Below are positions 55,398 to 62,922 of a stretch of 62,922 nt of DNA, piece by piece. The stretch's first letter is position 1; each line of letters opens with the position of its first letter. Under the pieces are notes generated by a model. The model was given only the letters and a program-made list of their open reading frames with translations. It searched no databases and was not told the origin of the DNA. The stretch comes from a virus (Duplodnaviria > Caudoviricetes): the IMG/VR virus record IMGVR_UViG_3300048690_000084, positions 1-62,922 of that record. One strand, written 5' to 3'. The position numbers and the translations under genes are program-made.

Positions 55398-55643
55398 TCA
55401 GGCCGGTTCATACGTCATCTCAAAGATGTCGGGCTTGCATGGGTACGTCTCGCCCACCACACCCGTGATGATCCAGTCGCCGGGGGTAACAATATGCCCA
55501 CCCTCCAATGTTTGAATCCAACCATGGTGCTCGTAAATAAACTCCGGGTGACGATCCAATGGCCCATCCAAAACTTCCGGGTGGTCGCCCATCTTGAACC
55601 ACTGAGTGGCCTCAATGACCACCGGCTTCTTCCTGAACTTCAT
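55398..55643 (-). CDS. Conserved phage protein (KKPVVIEA/PGDWII family)
   Basis: FRKKPVVIEA.QW, TLEG, PGDWII.GV.GE.YPCKPDIF. Confidence 0.8.
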   Translation of the reverse strand: MKFRKKPVVIEATQWFKMGDHPEVLDGPLDRHPEFIYEHHGWIQTLEGGHIVTPGDWIITGVVGETYPCKPDIFEMTYEPA

Positions 55644-55996
55644 TCCAACTCCTTCAAGTTCTTGTAGTTCACCCAAGCAGGCCGTATCGTCCTACCTGTT
55701 CCATCTACCTTCTTTATAACACCTAACAACACCAGCCGGTCAACAATCTTCTTCGTGTTCCCAATCCCCATCTTCCCCCTCACATACGCAATATCCCTCA
55801 ACGTGGGCGAAAACCCATACCTCTTCCACCACTCATCAATCGCAATAAACACTTCCTTCTGCGCCGGACTCATATCAACCTCCATACACTCCTGCCACGT
55901 AGGATCGCTACGCCGAATCTTCATGTCCCTGTGGATAACTCTTCCACCGCAACTTCCACGCTTTAATTGCGCCGTTGTTTTAGTCACCATATCCAT
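55640..55996 (-). CDS. LexA-type winged-HTH DNA-binding protein (no peptidase domain; start uncertain)
   Basis: MSPAQKEVF..I...WKRYGFSPTLRDIA...L...G.I. Confidence 0.75.
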   Translation of the reverse strand: MDMVTKTTAQLKRGSCGGRVIHRDMKIRRSDPTWQECMEVDMSPAQKEVFIAIDEWWKRYGFSPTLRDIAYVRGKMGIGNTKKIVDRLVLLGVIKKVDGTGRTIRPAWVNYKNLKELE

Positions 55997-56080
55997 CTCC
56001 CAACTACAACCATATGTTTCATTTATTTTTGTGGAGGGGCTGCCTATTTTTTAAGCAAAATATACCCCGGGGGGTCGCAT

Positions 56081-56830
56081 TTATAACGATGACGGGGGGT
56101 CTTCCTGTGTGGAGGAAGTGTTGGTGGTGTCGTCAAAAATGGCGTCATCGAGGGATTGTTCGTGTGGAATAGTATGCGTATTGACACGGGACTCCTCATC
56201 CACAGTTTGGGGGGTCGCCCCCGGGTGGGGGTCGCCGTCCACGGTTTCGGTAGCTGCAGCGAGTTCAGCCAGCAGCGAGTCAGCCTGCGAGTCGATCACG
56301 GTTGCATCGGTCGCATTGCCGTGTATCAGGGTGCGCAGCTGGTCCATGACCTGAGCGCGGGCTGTCTCGCTTGATGTAATGGTCTTGACTTCGCGCCGTT
56401 CAGTGAATGCTGCAACTTCGGTCACGGTGCCCAACACCTTAGCTGCAGCCGTTATCTGGCCGGGCTTGCTATCAGGGTCAGTGATGACACCAACCAACGA
56501 CTGGATGACCAAAGCACGCAAAGCCGCAGGGGTTTGATATTCCTGCGCTTTAATCGCCGCTTGCATGGCTTCTATCTCATTGGCTATGCGTTGGTCTCGC
56601 GTCAATTGGTAGGGCTCGCGGTGTAATGTGTTCTTCGACTTCACGTTGTACGCTTTCCTATATGCGTTGGCTTTCGTCTCACCCTTCGCTACTTCAAGGC
56701 AAAACTTCTTTTGTTTTCCGGTCAGTTCCCGTGAAACGGCTTTCCCAAGGATGTGAGAGACGGGCACAGTATCGAGTGCTTGGGTTATCTGAGCACGGGA
56801 TAACTTGCTGGGGGGTTTAGTGTTACTCAT
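56081..56830 (-). CDS. terS: Terminase small subunit
   Basis: LTGKQKKFC.EV..G.....AYRKAY; upstream of TerL. Confidence 0.75.
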   Translation of the reverse strand: MSNTKPPSKLSRAQITQALDTVPVSHILGKAVSRELTGKQKKFCLEVAKGETKANAYRKAYNVKSKNTLHREPYQLTRDQRIANEIEAMQAAIKAQEYQTPAALRALVIQSLVGVITDPDSKPGQITAAAKVLGTVTEVAAFTERREVKTITSSETARAQVMDQLRTLIHGNATDATVIDSQADSLLAELAAATETVDGDPHPGATPQTVDEESRVNTHTIPHEQSLDDAIFDDTTNTSSTQEDPPSSL

Positions 56831-57249
56831 GGCGGGGATTCTAGGGGAACAGCACCAGAGCTGCAACGCTTCGCTTAGAACACCCGCGCCAAACCCCCAC
56901 GCGATACCCGGCCACCATGCCCAACACCCAATCAGCGACCCCATGCCCTGGACGGCAAAACACCGACCGAGATTGTAAGTTTTTGTAAGAAACGCGCCAC
57001 CAGGTAGCAAAGCACCCCCACAAACAATGCGAGCGGGTGAAGCTTTGCAGTGTCTCCCCATATGGCCGCATTCAGGCCGCATCGCTTCGCTCATTAGGAA
57101 AACCAATAACCCGGCAAAACTTTTGTGAACCCGGGTTTTAAGACCGGCAAACCCGCGATTAAAAAATACTCGGCCCGACCACTTGCAAAGTAAATAGAAT
57201 CTTATACCAGACAGGACGACATCCGACCTGCCACACAGGAGCAAACGAC

Positions 57250-57441
57250 ATGAACATCCAAACAATCATTCAGCGACTTATCGAAGACCAATTGATCCAA
57301 GCGGCCGTGATGTATGCGCACAGCAACGAGCCAGAAAAAATCCACATGCTGGCAGCTTGCGCAACGGGCGAAGTAATCACATTTACCCAAGCAAACGGCA
57401 TCGTTTACGAGCTGACAGCAAATAAAGCCCTTTACATCTAA
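57250..57441 (+). CDS. Early hypothetical protein
   Basis: CAGGAG RBS. Confidence 0.65.
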   Translation: MNIQTIIQRLIEDQLIQAAVMYAHSNEPEKIHMLAACATGEVITFTQANGIVYELTANKALYI

Positions 57442-57459
57442 ACCACAGGAGCACACCCC

Positions 57460-57624
57460 ATGAACTACGCGCACATTTTCAAAGCCCACGCCCGCACCGG
57501 GAAAAAATTCGTTTTGATTCTCTCTGAGGGTTTCCAGCCCATCGGCATCGAATCATTCCACGACAGCAAAGCCGAAGCCAAAGCCGCAGCAGCCGCAGCA
57601 GGTGCCAAGGCTTGGAACTATTAA
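57460..57624 (+). CDS. Early hypothetical protein
   Basis: CAGGAG RBS; translated by hand (MNYAHIFK...AWNY). Confidence 0.65.
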   Translation: MNYAHIFKAHARTGKKFVLILSEGFQPIGIESFHDSKAEAKAAAAAAGAKAWNY

Positions 57625-57644
57625 CCGCAACTGGAGCCAACACC

Positions 57645-57815
57645 ATGACATACACAAACCACACCGCCGGAATGACACTGGCCACCGCCCGCGACATTAT
57701 CGAACACCGCCCGGCGGCAGGATGGACGCCAGACCAGCAAGCCAGAGCCCGCGCCGTAATAACTCACTGGGCACGAATCCGCCGCGCCCAAGCCCGCCGC
57801 ACCACAACCAAATAA
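57645..57815 (+). CDS. Early hypothetical protein
   Basis: TGGAG RBS. Confidence 0.55.
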   Translation: MTYTNHTAGMTLATARDIIEHRPAAGWTPDQQARARAVITHWARIRRAQARRTTTK

Positions 57816-57881
57816 ACCCGTAATCCTGGAGCAAAAATCAAATTTACTCCAGGATTAAAAAAACCAACAGGAACCGACACC

Positions 57882-58133
57882 ATGAAGCAGTATGAATACA
57901 ACATGACCAACAAGCGCACCGGGCGCGCAGAACACGCCAGAGCCACCGCAGCCAATGCCGTTATCGCTCACGCTCAAATTGTCCTAATGTATGGCCAACA
58001 GTTTGACGTGGCAGAGCTGCACAGCGCCGCAAACCCGCCGCACCACACCGCCGGAGAAATCGATTGTTCAGGCTTTCCCATGACTGACACCGCTTGGCTA
58101 ATCGAGCAGGCCGACAAAATCCAAACAGCATAA
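57882..58133 (+). CDS. Early hypothetical protein
   Basis: CAGGA RBS. Confidence 0.65.
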   Translation: MKQYEYNMTNKRTGRAEHARATAANAVIAHAQIVLMYGQQFDVAELHSAANPPHHTAGEIDCSGFPMTDTAWLIEQADKIQTA

Positions 58134-58145
58134 GGAGCCCACGAC

Positions 58146-58355
58146 ATGACCACCACCCAAACCATGGGCGAACTGATCGACCAATTCGAGGCCGAACTAA
58201 TCGCCAGGCACAAAGCAATCACGCCCGAGCAATTCGCAGCAGAGAACCAGCGCCGCAAAGTAAAGGCCGAATACGAAGCCAAGCACACGCCCATAGAAAC
58301 AGACGAAGACCGCGCCAACACAGACGAATACCCAACAGAGGACGAGACAGAATGA
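58146..58355 (+). CDS. Early hypothetical acidic protein
   Basis: TAAGGAG RBS. Confidence 0.65.
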   Translation: MTTTQTMGELIDQFEAELIARHKAITPEQFAAENQRRKVKAEYEAKHTPIETDEDRANTDEYPTEDETE

Positions 58356-58540
58356 CCACCGCCGACCACATCCGCACCGCAGCCGCCCGCCTTGTCGGGT
58401 ACACCGTACAGGGCCACGGTTTCGCCAAGCAACACCACACCCTCACACGCGCCGCCGCACTCAGCTGGGCCGCGTGCTATCCAGCCGCCACCATTACCCG
58501 CGCCGGTCAATTTGTCGCCACCATCACCAAAGGAGCCTAA
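58352..58540 (+). CDS. Early hypothetical protein
   Basis: ATGA overlap. Confidence 0.55.
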   Translation: MTTADHIRTAAARLVGYTVQGHGFAKQHHTLTRAAALSWAACYPAATITRAGQFVATITKGA

Positions 58541-58543
58541 ACC

Positions 58544-58939
58544 ATGAAACCCGAAAACTTCGCCGACTTCGCCAACGCCATTTTGGCCGCGCCATTTATG
58601 CGCCACAACGACACCGGGGAGCCGGTACCAAATGCAGCAATTACCGCAGCCCACGCCCTAGCGCTAAAGGTTGACGAGCTGGGCCAGCTTCACGCCGATA
58701 TTGCAACCCTCAAAGCCAAGGCCGACCGCGTGCGCACTGAACTGGAAGACGCCGGACTCGCCACCATCGAGGGCCAGCACTACAGCGCCACCTTGACCAA
58801 CATTAAAGGGTCCAGCCGCATCGACTGGCAGACCATCGCGGCCAAATTCAAGCCAAGCCGCCAGCTAATCGCAGCGCACACCACCACGGGCAAAGCATCC
58901 ACCCGCCTGAACCTGACCGCCCGCAAAATCACACACTGA
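58544..58939 (+). CDS. Early hypothetical protein
   Basis: AAGGAG RBS; VDELG.L.A.IA.L coiled coil. Confidence 0.7.
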   Translation: MKPENFADFANAILAAPFMRHNDTGEPVPNAAITAAHALALKVDELGQLHADIATLKAKADRVRTELEDAGLATIEGQHYSATLTNIKGSSRIDWQTIAAKFKPSRQLIAAHTTTGKASTRLNLTARKITH

Positions 58940-58949
58940 AAGGCCCGCC

Positions 58950-59246
58950 ATGACGAACCCACTCGCAGGAATGACCGCCGACCAAATCGGCCCGATTGTC
59001 GCAAGCGCCATGAAATGGAGCGGCCCGGACATTTTCGCCGCCATGCTTGAAGCCGTGACCGATGCAAATTTCCACACCGAAGCCGCCGCGCTTATTCGCG
59101 CATGGCACGAGCCGCAATTGACCAACGCCGCGCCCGCACTTTTTAACGCGCTGCAACAGCTCACCGAAGCAGCAACCCACCACCAAGCAGACGCGCCCGC
59201 AGCACTCGAAGCCGCCCGCAGCGCCTTAAATCTTGCAACCCAATAA
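58950..59246 (+). CDS. Early hypothetical protein
   Basis: DANFH.EA; AAP.LF.AL. Confidence 0.65.
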   Translation: MTNPLAGMTADQIGPIVASAMKWSGPDIFAAMLEAVTDANFHTEAAALIRAWHEPQLTNAAPALFNALQQLTEAATHHQADAPAALEAARSALNLATQ

Positions 59247-59256
59247 GAGGCCCGCC

Positions 59257-59610
59257 ATGCTCAAACCATTGACCAGCACCCAGCAAACCCGCATTGTGAA
59301 TAACGTGATCGCCGCCTGCCGCGACATTTCCAAACTCAACAAAACCGGATATGACTTTTTGTATCTGGCAAACGGGTTTATTGCCCATTACGACATTCAC
59401 GGATTCAAAGCCCACTACAGCGAAACCGGCAGCTTACAGGCCGACATTGAAGCCAACGCCCGCAGCAACCAGTGGCACAACTTCAGGAAGGGCGAAAACA
59501 ACGCCGACTACTACCACAGCAAGCGCGACACCTACAACGCCATTTTGGGCCGGTTTTGCGCTCAGCAATTTATCCGCGAGCACGTGCAATTTGTCCATGT
59601 GGGGTTTTGA
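59257..59610 (+). CDS. Early hypothetical protein
   Basis: GFIAHYD..GF motif. Confidence 0.7.
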   Translation: MLKPLTSTQQTRIVNNVIAACRDISKLNKTGYDFLYLANGFIAHYDIHGFKAHYSETGSLQADIEANARSNQWHNFRKGENNADYYHSKRDTYNAILGRFCAQQFIREHVQFVHVGF

Positions 59611-59611
59611 T

Positions 59612-59809
59612 ATGCCGCGCCAATACTTCACCATGAACCCAGCAACACCGCACCCGGATGACGAAACCGAACCGCAGCCCATGCCGCTCGAAGAGGCCAT
59701 TATTTGGGCCGCCAAGGTTTTGCGCGACCAGAACGCCACTTTGTGGACCCGCCAAAAGGTCGCAGACGAGCTAATTTTCTCCCTTGATTCACAGGAGCCC
59801 ACAGAATGA
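59612..59809 (+). CDS. Early hypothetical protein
   Basis: ORF filling the gap, coupled to next gene. Confidence 0.55.
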   Translation: MPRQYFTMNPATPHPDDETEPQPMPLEEAIIWAAKVLRDQNATLWTRQKVADELIFSLDSQEPTE

Positions 59810-60486
59810 GCCGCTTTCACTTTGTCCAATCCAGCACCAACCGCAAAACCGGACCAATCCCGACCACCTACAACAGCCGCAGCACCTGCCCGCCATCCTG
59901 CCCGCAATACCGCAGCGCCTGCTATGCGGAGGACTATTACACCCGAATGACGTGGAACAAAGTCGACCAACGAGGGGACGACATCGAAGGCCTAGCCCTG
60001 AAAATCTCGCGCTTGCCGAAGGGCCAATTGTGGCGAATGAGCGTTGCCGGGGACCTGCCCGGAGATGGTGAAACCGTGGACGCTTACGCGCTGGGCCTGA
60101 TTGTGAAAGCTAACCGAGGAAAAAACGGGTTCACGTACACCCACAAGAAAAGCCCCGAGGCCATCCAATGGGCCAAGCACGCGACCGCGTGGGGGTTCAC
60201 AGTGAACGCCAGCGCGGACGATGTGGGAGAGGCCGACCGACTCGCGGCCACAGGGCTGCCCGTGGTCGCCATTGTGCCCATGGACACCCCAAAGCACAGC
60301 CAGACACCCGAAGGCCGCCCGGTGTTGATATGCCCCGCCCAGACGGCCGATTACATGACGTGCGCAATGTGCGGACTTTGCCAACGCGCCGACCGCCGCC
60401 AGATTATCGGGTTCCGCGCCCATGGCAGCAAAGCAAAACAGGCAGACCGCACCGCCCGCCGGGTAATCCCAATCGCCGCAGCCTGA
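59806..60486 (+). CDS. Cys-rich GP88-like protein (possible Fe-S / radical-SAM-related)
   Basis: S.N.KTG, CPPSC......CYA, R..VAGD, YTH, CP....C..C.LC, F.AHG. Confidence 0.6.
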   Translation: MSRFHFVQSSTNRKTGPIPTTYNSRSTCPPSCPQYRSACYAEDYYTRMTWNKVDQRGDDIEGLALKISRLPKGQLWRMSVAGDLPGDGETVDAYALGLIVKANRGKNGFTYTHKKSPEAIQWAKHATAWGFTVNASADDVGEADRLAATGLPVVAIVPMDTPKHSQTPEGRPVLICPAQTADYMTCAMCGLCQRADRRQIIGFRAHGSKAKQADRTARRVIPIAAA

Positions 60487-60554
60487 CAGCACCAGCCCAA
60501 GCCCTTAACCAAGGGCTTGACCGGGTATTGTCACCCGCAACAGGAGCCGAAACA

Positions 60555-60737
60555 ATGAACGACCACCCAAGCCCCGCAACACGCGCCGCGCAGCTCAGAG
60601 CCCGCGCCCAATGGCACCGCACCGAAGGCCAGAATTATTTGCGCCACAGCGCCGCAGCCATGCACCAGCATGACGAAGAAGCCCGAGAATTAGAGGCCGA
60701 GGCCGACCAATTAACCAAAGAGGAGCACACCCAATGA
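60555..60737 (+). CDS. Early hypothetical protein
   Basis: CAGGAG RBS. Confidence 0.6.
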   Translation: MNDHPSPATRAAQLRARAQWHRTEGQNYLRHSAAAMHQHDEEARELEAEADQLTKEEHTQ

Positions 60738-60913
60738 CGCACACCGAAGCCGCATATATCAACGCTGGGCACCGATACGAACGCGCCAGCACACCCGACA
60801 GCGCCCGCGCCGCATCGCAGGCCATCCGCGCCATGCTAGAGCAGGAAAAGCCGCACGACCAGACCGAAGCCCGCCACCTAATCGAACAAGGCCGCAGAGA
60901 GGCCCGCCATTGA
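60734..60913 (+). CDS. Early hypothetical protein
   Basis: GAGGAG RBS; translated by hand (MTHTEAAYINAG...). Confidence 0.6.
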   Translation: MTHTEAAYINAGHRYERASTPDSARAASQAIRAMLEQEKPHDQTEARHLIEQGRREARH

Positions 60914-61119
60914 ACGCGCCGCAGCCGTGGCCGTTTCCCCCGCCCGGCGGCCCGACACCATGGACCGCCGAACAGGTGCGCGACTACCAGCGCCAGCAGC
61001 GAGAAAACGCGCCGCCCGCCCCTTGGTGACTTGCAGAGATGCTACCGAATAACGGTCGCCGGGTTGGTCGCGAGACAGATGCCCCTGCGGAGATGCTGCC
61101 AAATTTTGATTGCGAGAAA

Positions 61120-61299
61120 ATGCCAAACCAAAACCACCCGCTCACCCGCGCTTATATGCTGGGTGCACGCACCACAAACCCCGTTGAATTGGGCGAAGTC
61201 ATGCGCCTAATTCGTGCTTGCGAGACGGATGCCGACCAGCTCACCATCGACCAGTGCAAGCTGGCTGCCGAAGTCCTGATTGAGAGAAAGATGCCATGA
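61120..61299 (+). CDS. Hypothetical protein
   Basis: MPNQNHPLTRAY... Confidence 0.55.
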   Translation: MPNQNHPLTRAYMLGARTTNPVELGEVMRLIRACETDADQLTIDQCKLAAEVLIERKMP

Positions 61300-61423
61300 A
61301 ATACACCGGCCCACCAAAACCCATTCCCGTGCGCAGAGAGTTGATCTCTGACCGTGCCGAGCTGATTTGCTACGCCGTGCTGGCCGTTGTTTTTCTGGTC
61401 ATCATGTTTTGGTTTTGAGACAG

Positions 61424-61615
61424 ATGCCCACCTACCGCCTAACCATCGAGCGCACCGTGCGCTTTCAGCTCGATGTAGAAGCCGCCACGCGCATGGATGC
61501 CCTCAAAATGATAACCGTCATGGCTTTGGAATATGATGATCGAGACTTGAAGGAAACCCGTGTCATCAGCATCAAAGAACTTGAACCGGAATATGTTCTC
61601 AATCCACTTGATTGA
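61424..61615 (+). CDS. Hypothetical protein
   Basis: MPTYRLTIER... Confidence 0.55.
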   Translation: MPTYRLTIERTVRFQLDVEAATRMDALKMITVMALEYDDRDLKETRVISIKELEPEYVLNPLD

Positions 61616-61778
61616 GGATGAAAATGGCCGTGTGTCCGCACTAGCCGAGATGGCCGGGTCGGGACCCAACGCACTCGACATCGGCTTTGAGATTATGCAG
61701 AAGCTTGAGCTGGCTTCGTTCGATCACCCCGACCGACTCGCTGTCCAGCCAATTCAATACTGCAAGAACTACCAGTGA
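61593..61778 (+). CDS. Hypothetical protein
   Basis: MFSIHLIEDE..., ends before terminator. Confidence 0.55.
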   Translation: MFSIHLIEDENGRVSALAEMAGSGPNALDIGFEIMQKLELASFDHPDRLAVQPIQYCKNYQ

Positions 61779-61792
61779 TTGCGAGAGAGATG

Positions 61793-61818
61793 GCCCGCCT
61801 TGTGAGCGGGCTTTTTTT
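61793..61818 (+). terminator. Intrinsic terminator of the early region
   Basis: GCCCGC-loop-GCGGGC followed by T7. Confidence 0.8.
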
Positions 61819-61821
61819 CGT

Positions 61822-62643
61822 CTATCGAATCACCTTGCCGAGTGATTGCGAGAACCTGAACAGCCCATCCCTAATGTGGACATCATTTGCATCCATGCCA
61901 ATGGTGTCGGGCATCCAGTACGGCCAGCCAATGCCTTCTGCCGTGAGCTGACCGGTTCTTGAGGCGTCGCAATCTCCAACAACAAAGCCATTCGGCAGGG
62001 TAGACGCGACCTTCTTCATGTTGCCCGCTGAAAAGCAGACGTGCAGCGTGTAGCGCCGCTTGAGCGCCTTCATGGCGGCACGCACAGACAAAGCGGTGGC
62101 ATATCCCTCGCAAAGAATGTTCGGTCCTTTGTTGTCGAACACGAACGCAGCATTGGATGTGCGCTGGCCGAACAAGAATTTCTTGCCGCCCTCTTCATTG
62201 ATGATCTGACAGCCCACCAGATGGTGGCCGACACGCATTGGAATGAGCAGCAGCAAGCCTTCCGTCTCGTGCTTCATGATGTTGCCTTGCTCGCCCTTAA
62301 ATCCCTTCTTTTCGAGATAGGGGTGGTACCCGATCTGACACTGGTTCAGCATGGATGCAGCCTTGCGTGCGGCCTGCAGCTGCTTCTCGCGGATGTCGTT
62401 GTCGGCCTGCTTGGCGATGCGCCTGATGCGATCAATGTCGATCTTGCTATCGCCATCAGCCTTCCACACGCTGATCTCCGTCTCTGTGGCGTGGTTCTGC
62501 ACAAAAGCTACATCACCCATGAACTTGATGGCACCGTTTTTGTGGGAAGGCTTGTCCTCCGTGGGGTAGCGCCTCCACACACCGATGGGCGGCTCACGGT
62601 CAATGATCACGCCGTGCGCTCGGCAAAAGTCAAGAAACTGCAT
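61822..62643 (-). CDS. Toprim-domain primase
   Basis: HPYL.KKG, LLIPM, QII...G.KKFL.G, CEGYATALSV, GD.D, DAND. Confidence 0.88.
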   Translation of the reverse strand: MQFLDFCRAHGVIIDREPPIGVWRRYPTEDKPSHKNGAIKFMGDVAFVQNHATETEISVWKADGDSKIDIDRIRRIAKQADNDIREKQLQAARKAASMLNQCQIGYHPYLEKKGFKGEQGNIMKHETEGLLLLIPMRVGHHLVGCQIINEEGGKKFLFGQRTSNAAFVFDNKGPNILCEGYATALSVRAAMKALKRRYTLHVCFSAGNMKKVASTLPNGFVVGDCDASRTGQLTAEGIGWPYWMPDTIGMDANDVHIRDGLFRFSQSLGKVIR

Positions 62644-62851
62644 CAGGCTCTCTCCATTTGCAGCCAGCACAGCGTTCATCTGTGCGGCCAAGCTCCGTCT
62701 TGGTGTACTGACAGTCGGGTGCCATGCGAAAAGGGATATGGTCCATGAGCTGCACCCTTTCGTGAAAGCCACGAGAGTGCAGGGACCTGCCGCCAATCAT
62801 CACCGGAAAGCTGCTTTTGAATGGCAGTCGATTGTGGCAGCCGTAGGTCAT
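62630..62851 (-). CDS. Hypothetical Cys-containing protein (variant copy begins at 173)
   Basis: MTYGCHNR..CQY..CAGCKW; overlaps neighbours. Confidence 0.65.
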   Translation of the reverse strand: MTYGCHNRLPFKSSFPVMIGGRSLHSRGFHERVQLMDHIPFRMAPDCQYTKTELGRTDERCAGCKWREPDAVS

Positions 62852-62922
62852 AGCCCCAGCTCCTTGAGCGCCGCTTGCAGTCCAGCCAAGCCACCGACAC
62901 GCTGGTTGTTGATGAATATCTG
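62679..62922. repeat. Diverged copy of nt 1-244 (strain variant tail)
   Basis: 77 nt identical, then scattered substitutions; encodes glutaredoxin variant QIFINNQRVGG vs QCFISGQRVGG. Confidence 0.9.

Noticed and set aside
56831-57265. 394-aa version of TerS with an N-terminal extension
   Set aside because: Extension is W/C/G-rich non-protein-like sequence across the intergenic gap; MSNTKPP at 56830 is more plausible
62679-62922. Diversity-generating retroelement TR/VR pair with 1-244
   Set aside because: Substitutions are not adenine-specific on either strand and no reverse transcriptase is present
1-62922. Stop-codon reassignment or integrative (prophage) state
   Set aside because: Core genes are intact in the standard code; no integrase, host genes or att-like duplication seen

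Overview
An apparently complete, circularly permuted ~62.7-kb tailed dsDNA phage genome. Nt 1-77 recur exactly at 62679-62755, followed by a diverged strain-variant copy. The podovirus-type architecture and gene families suggest a freshwater Betaproteobacteria phage (inference). Modules: replication on the minus strand across the junction (Toprim primase, glutaredoxin, SF2 helicase, ParB-like protein; no DNA polymerase or integrase recognised); four tRNAs (Pro, Tyr, Asn, Thr); a plus-strand recombination/middle block (PD-(D/E)XK nuclease, ERF, SSB, MazG-like); a ~39-kb minus-strand late block (TerS, LexA-like HTH, TerL, portal, GroES, scaffold, gpT-like capsid, adaptors, three paralogous tail fibres, GH19 lysin/holin, ejection proteins, 2064-aa polyvalent protein); and C/A-rich plus-strand early genes. 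Most notable: (1) HNH-type endonuclease genes sit inside small host genes, and at least two carry a diverged replacement of the gene end they displaced; (2) a 19-bp perfect dyad (AACTTCCAC-N-GTGGAAGTT) occurs twice, plus a half-site; (3) several structured non-coding RNA candidates; (4) a recurrent hydrophobic-x-x-GG motif in virion proteins; (5) nucleotide-identical blocks shared among the tail-fibre paralogues. All product calls rest on motif recognition by eye; no database searches were run.
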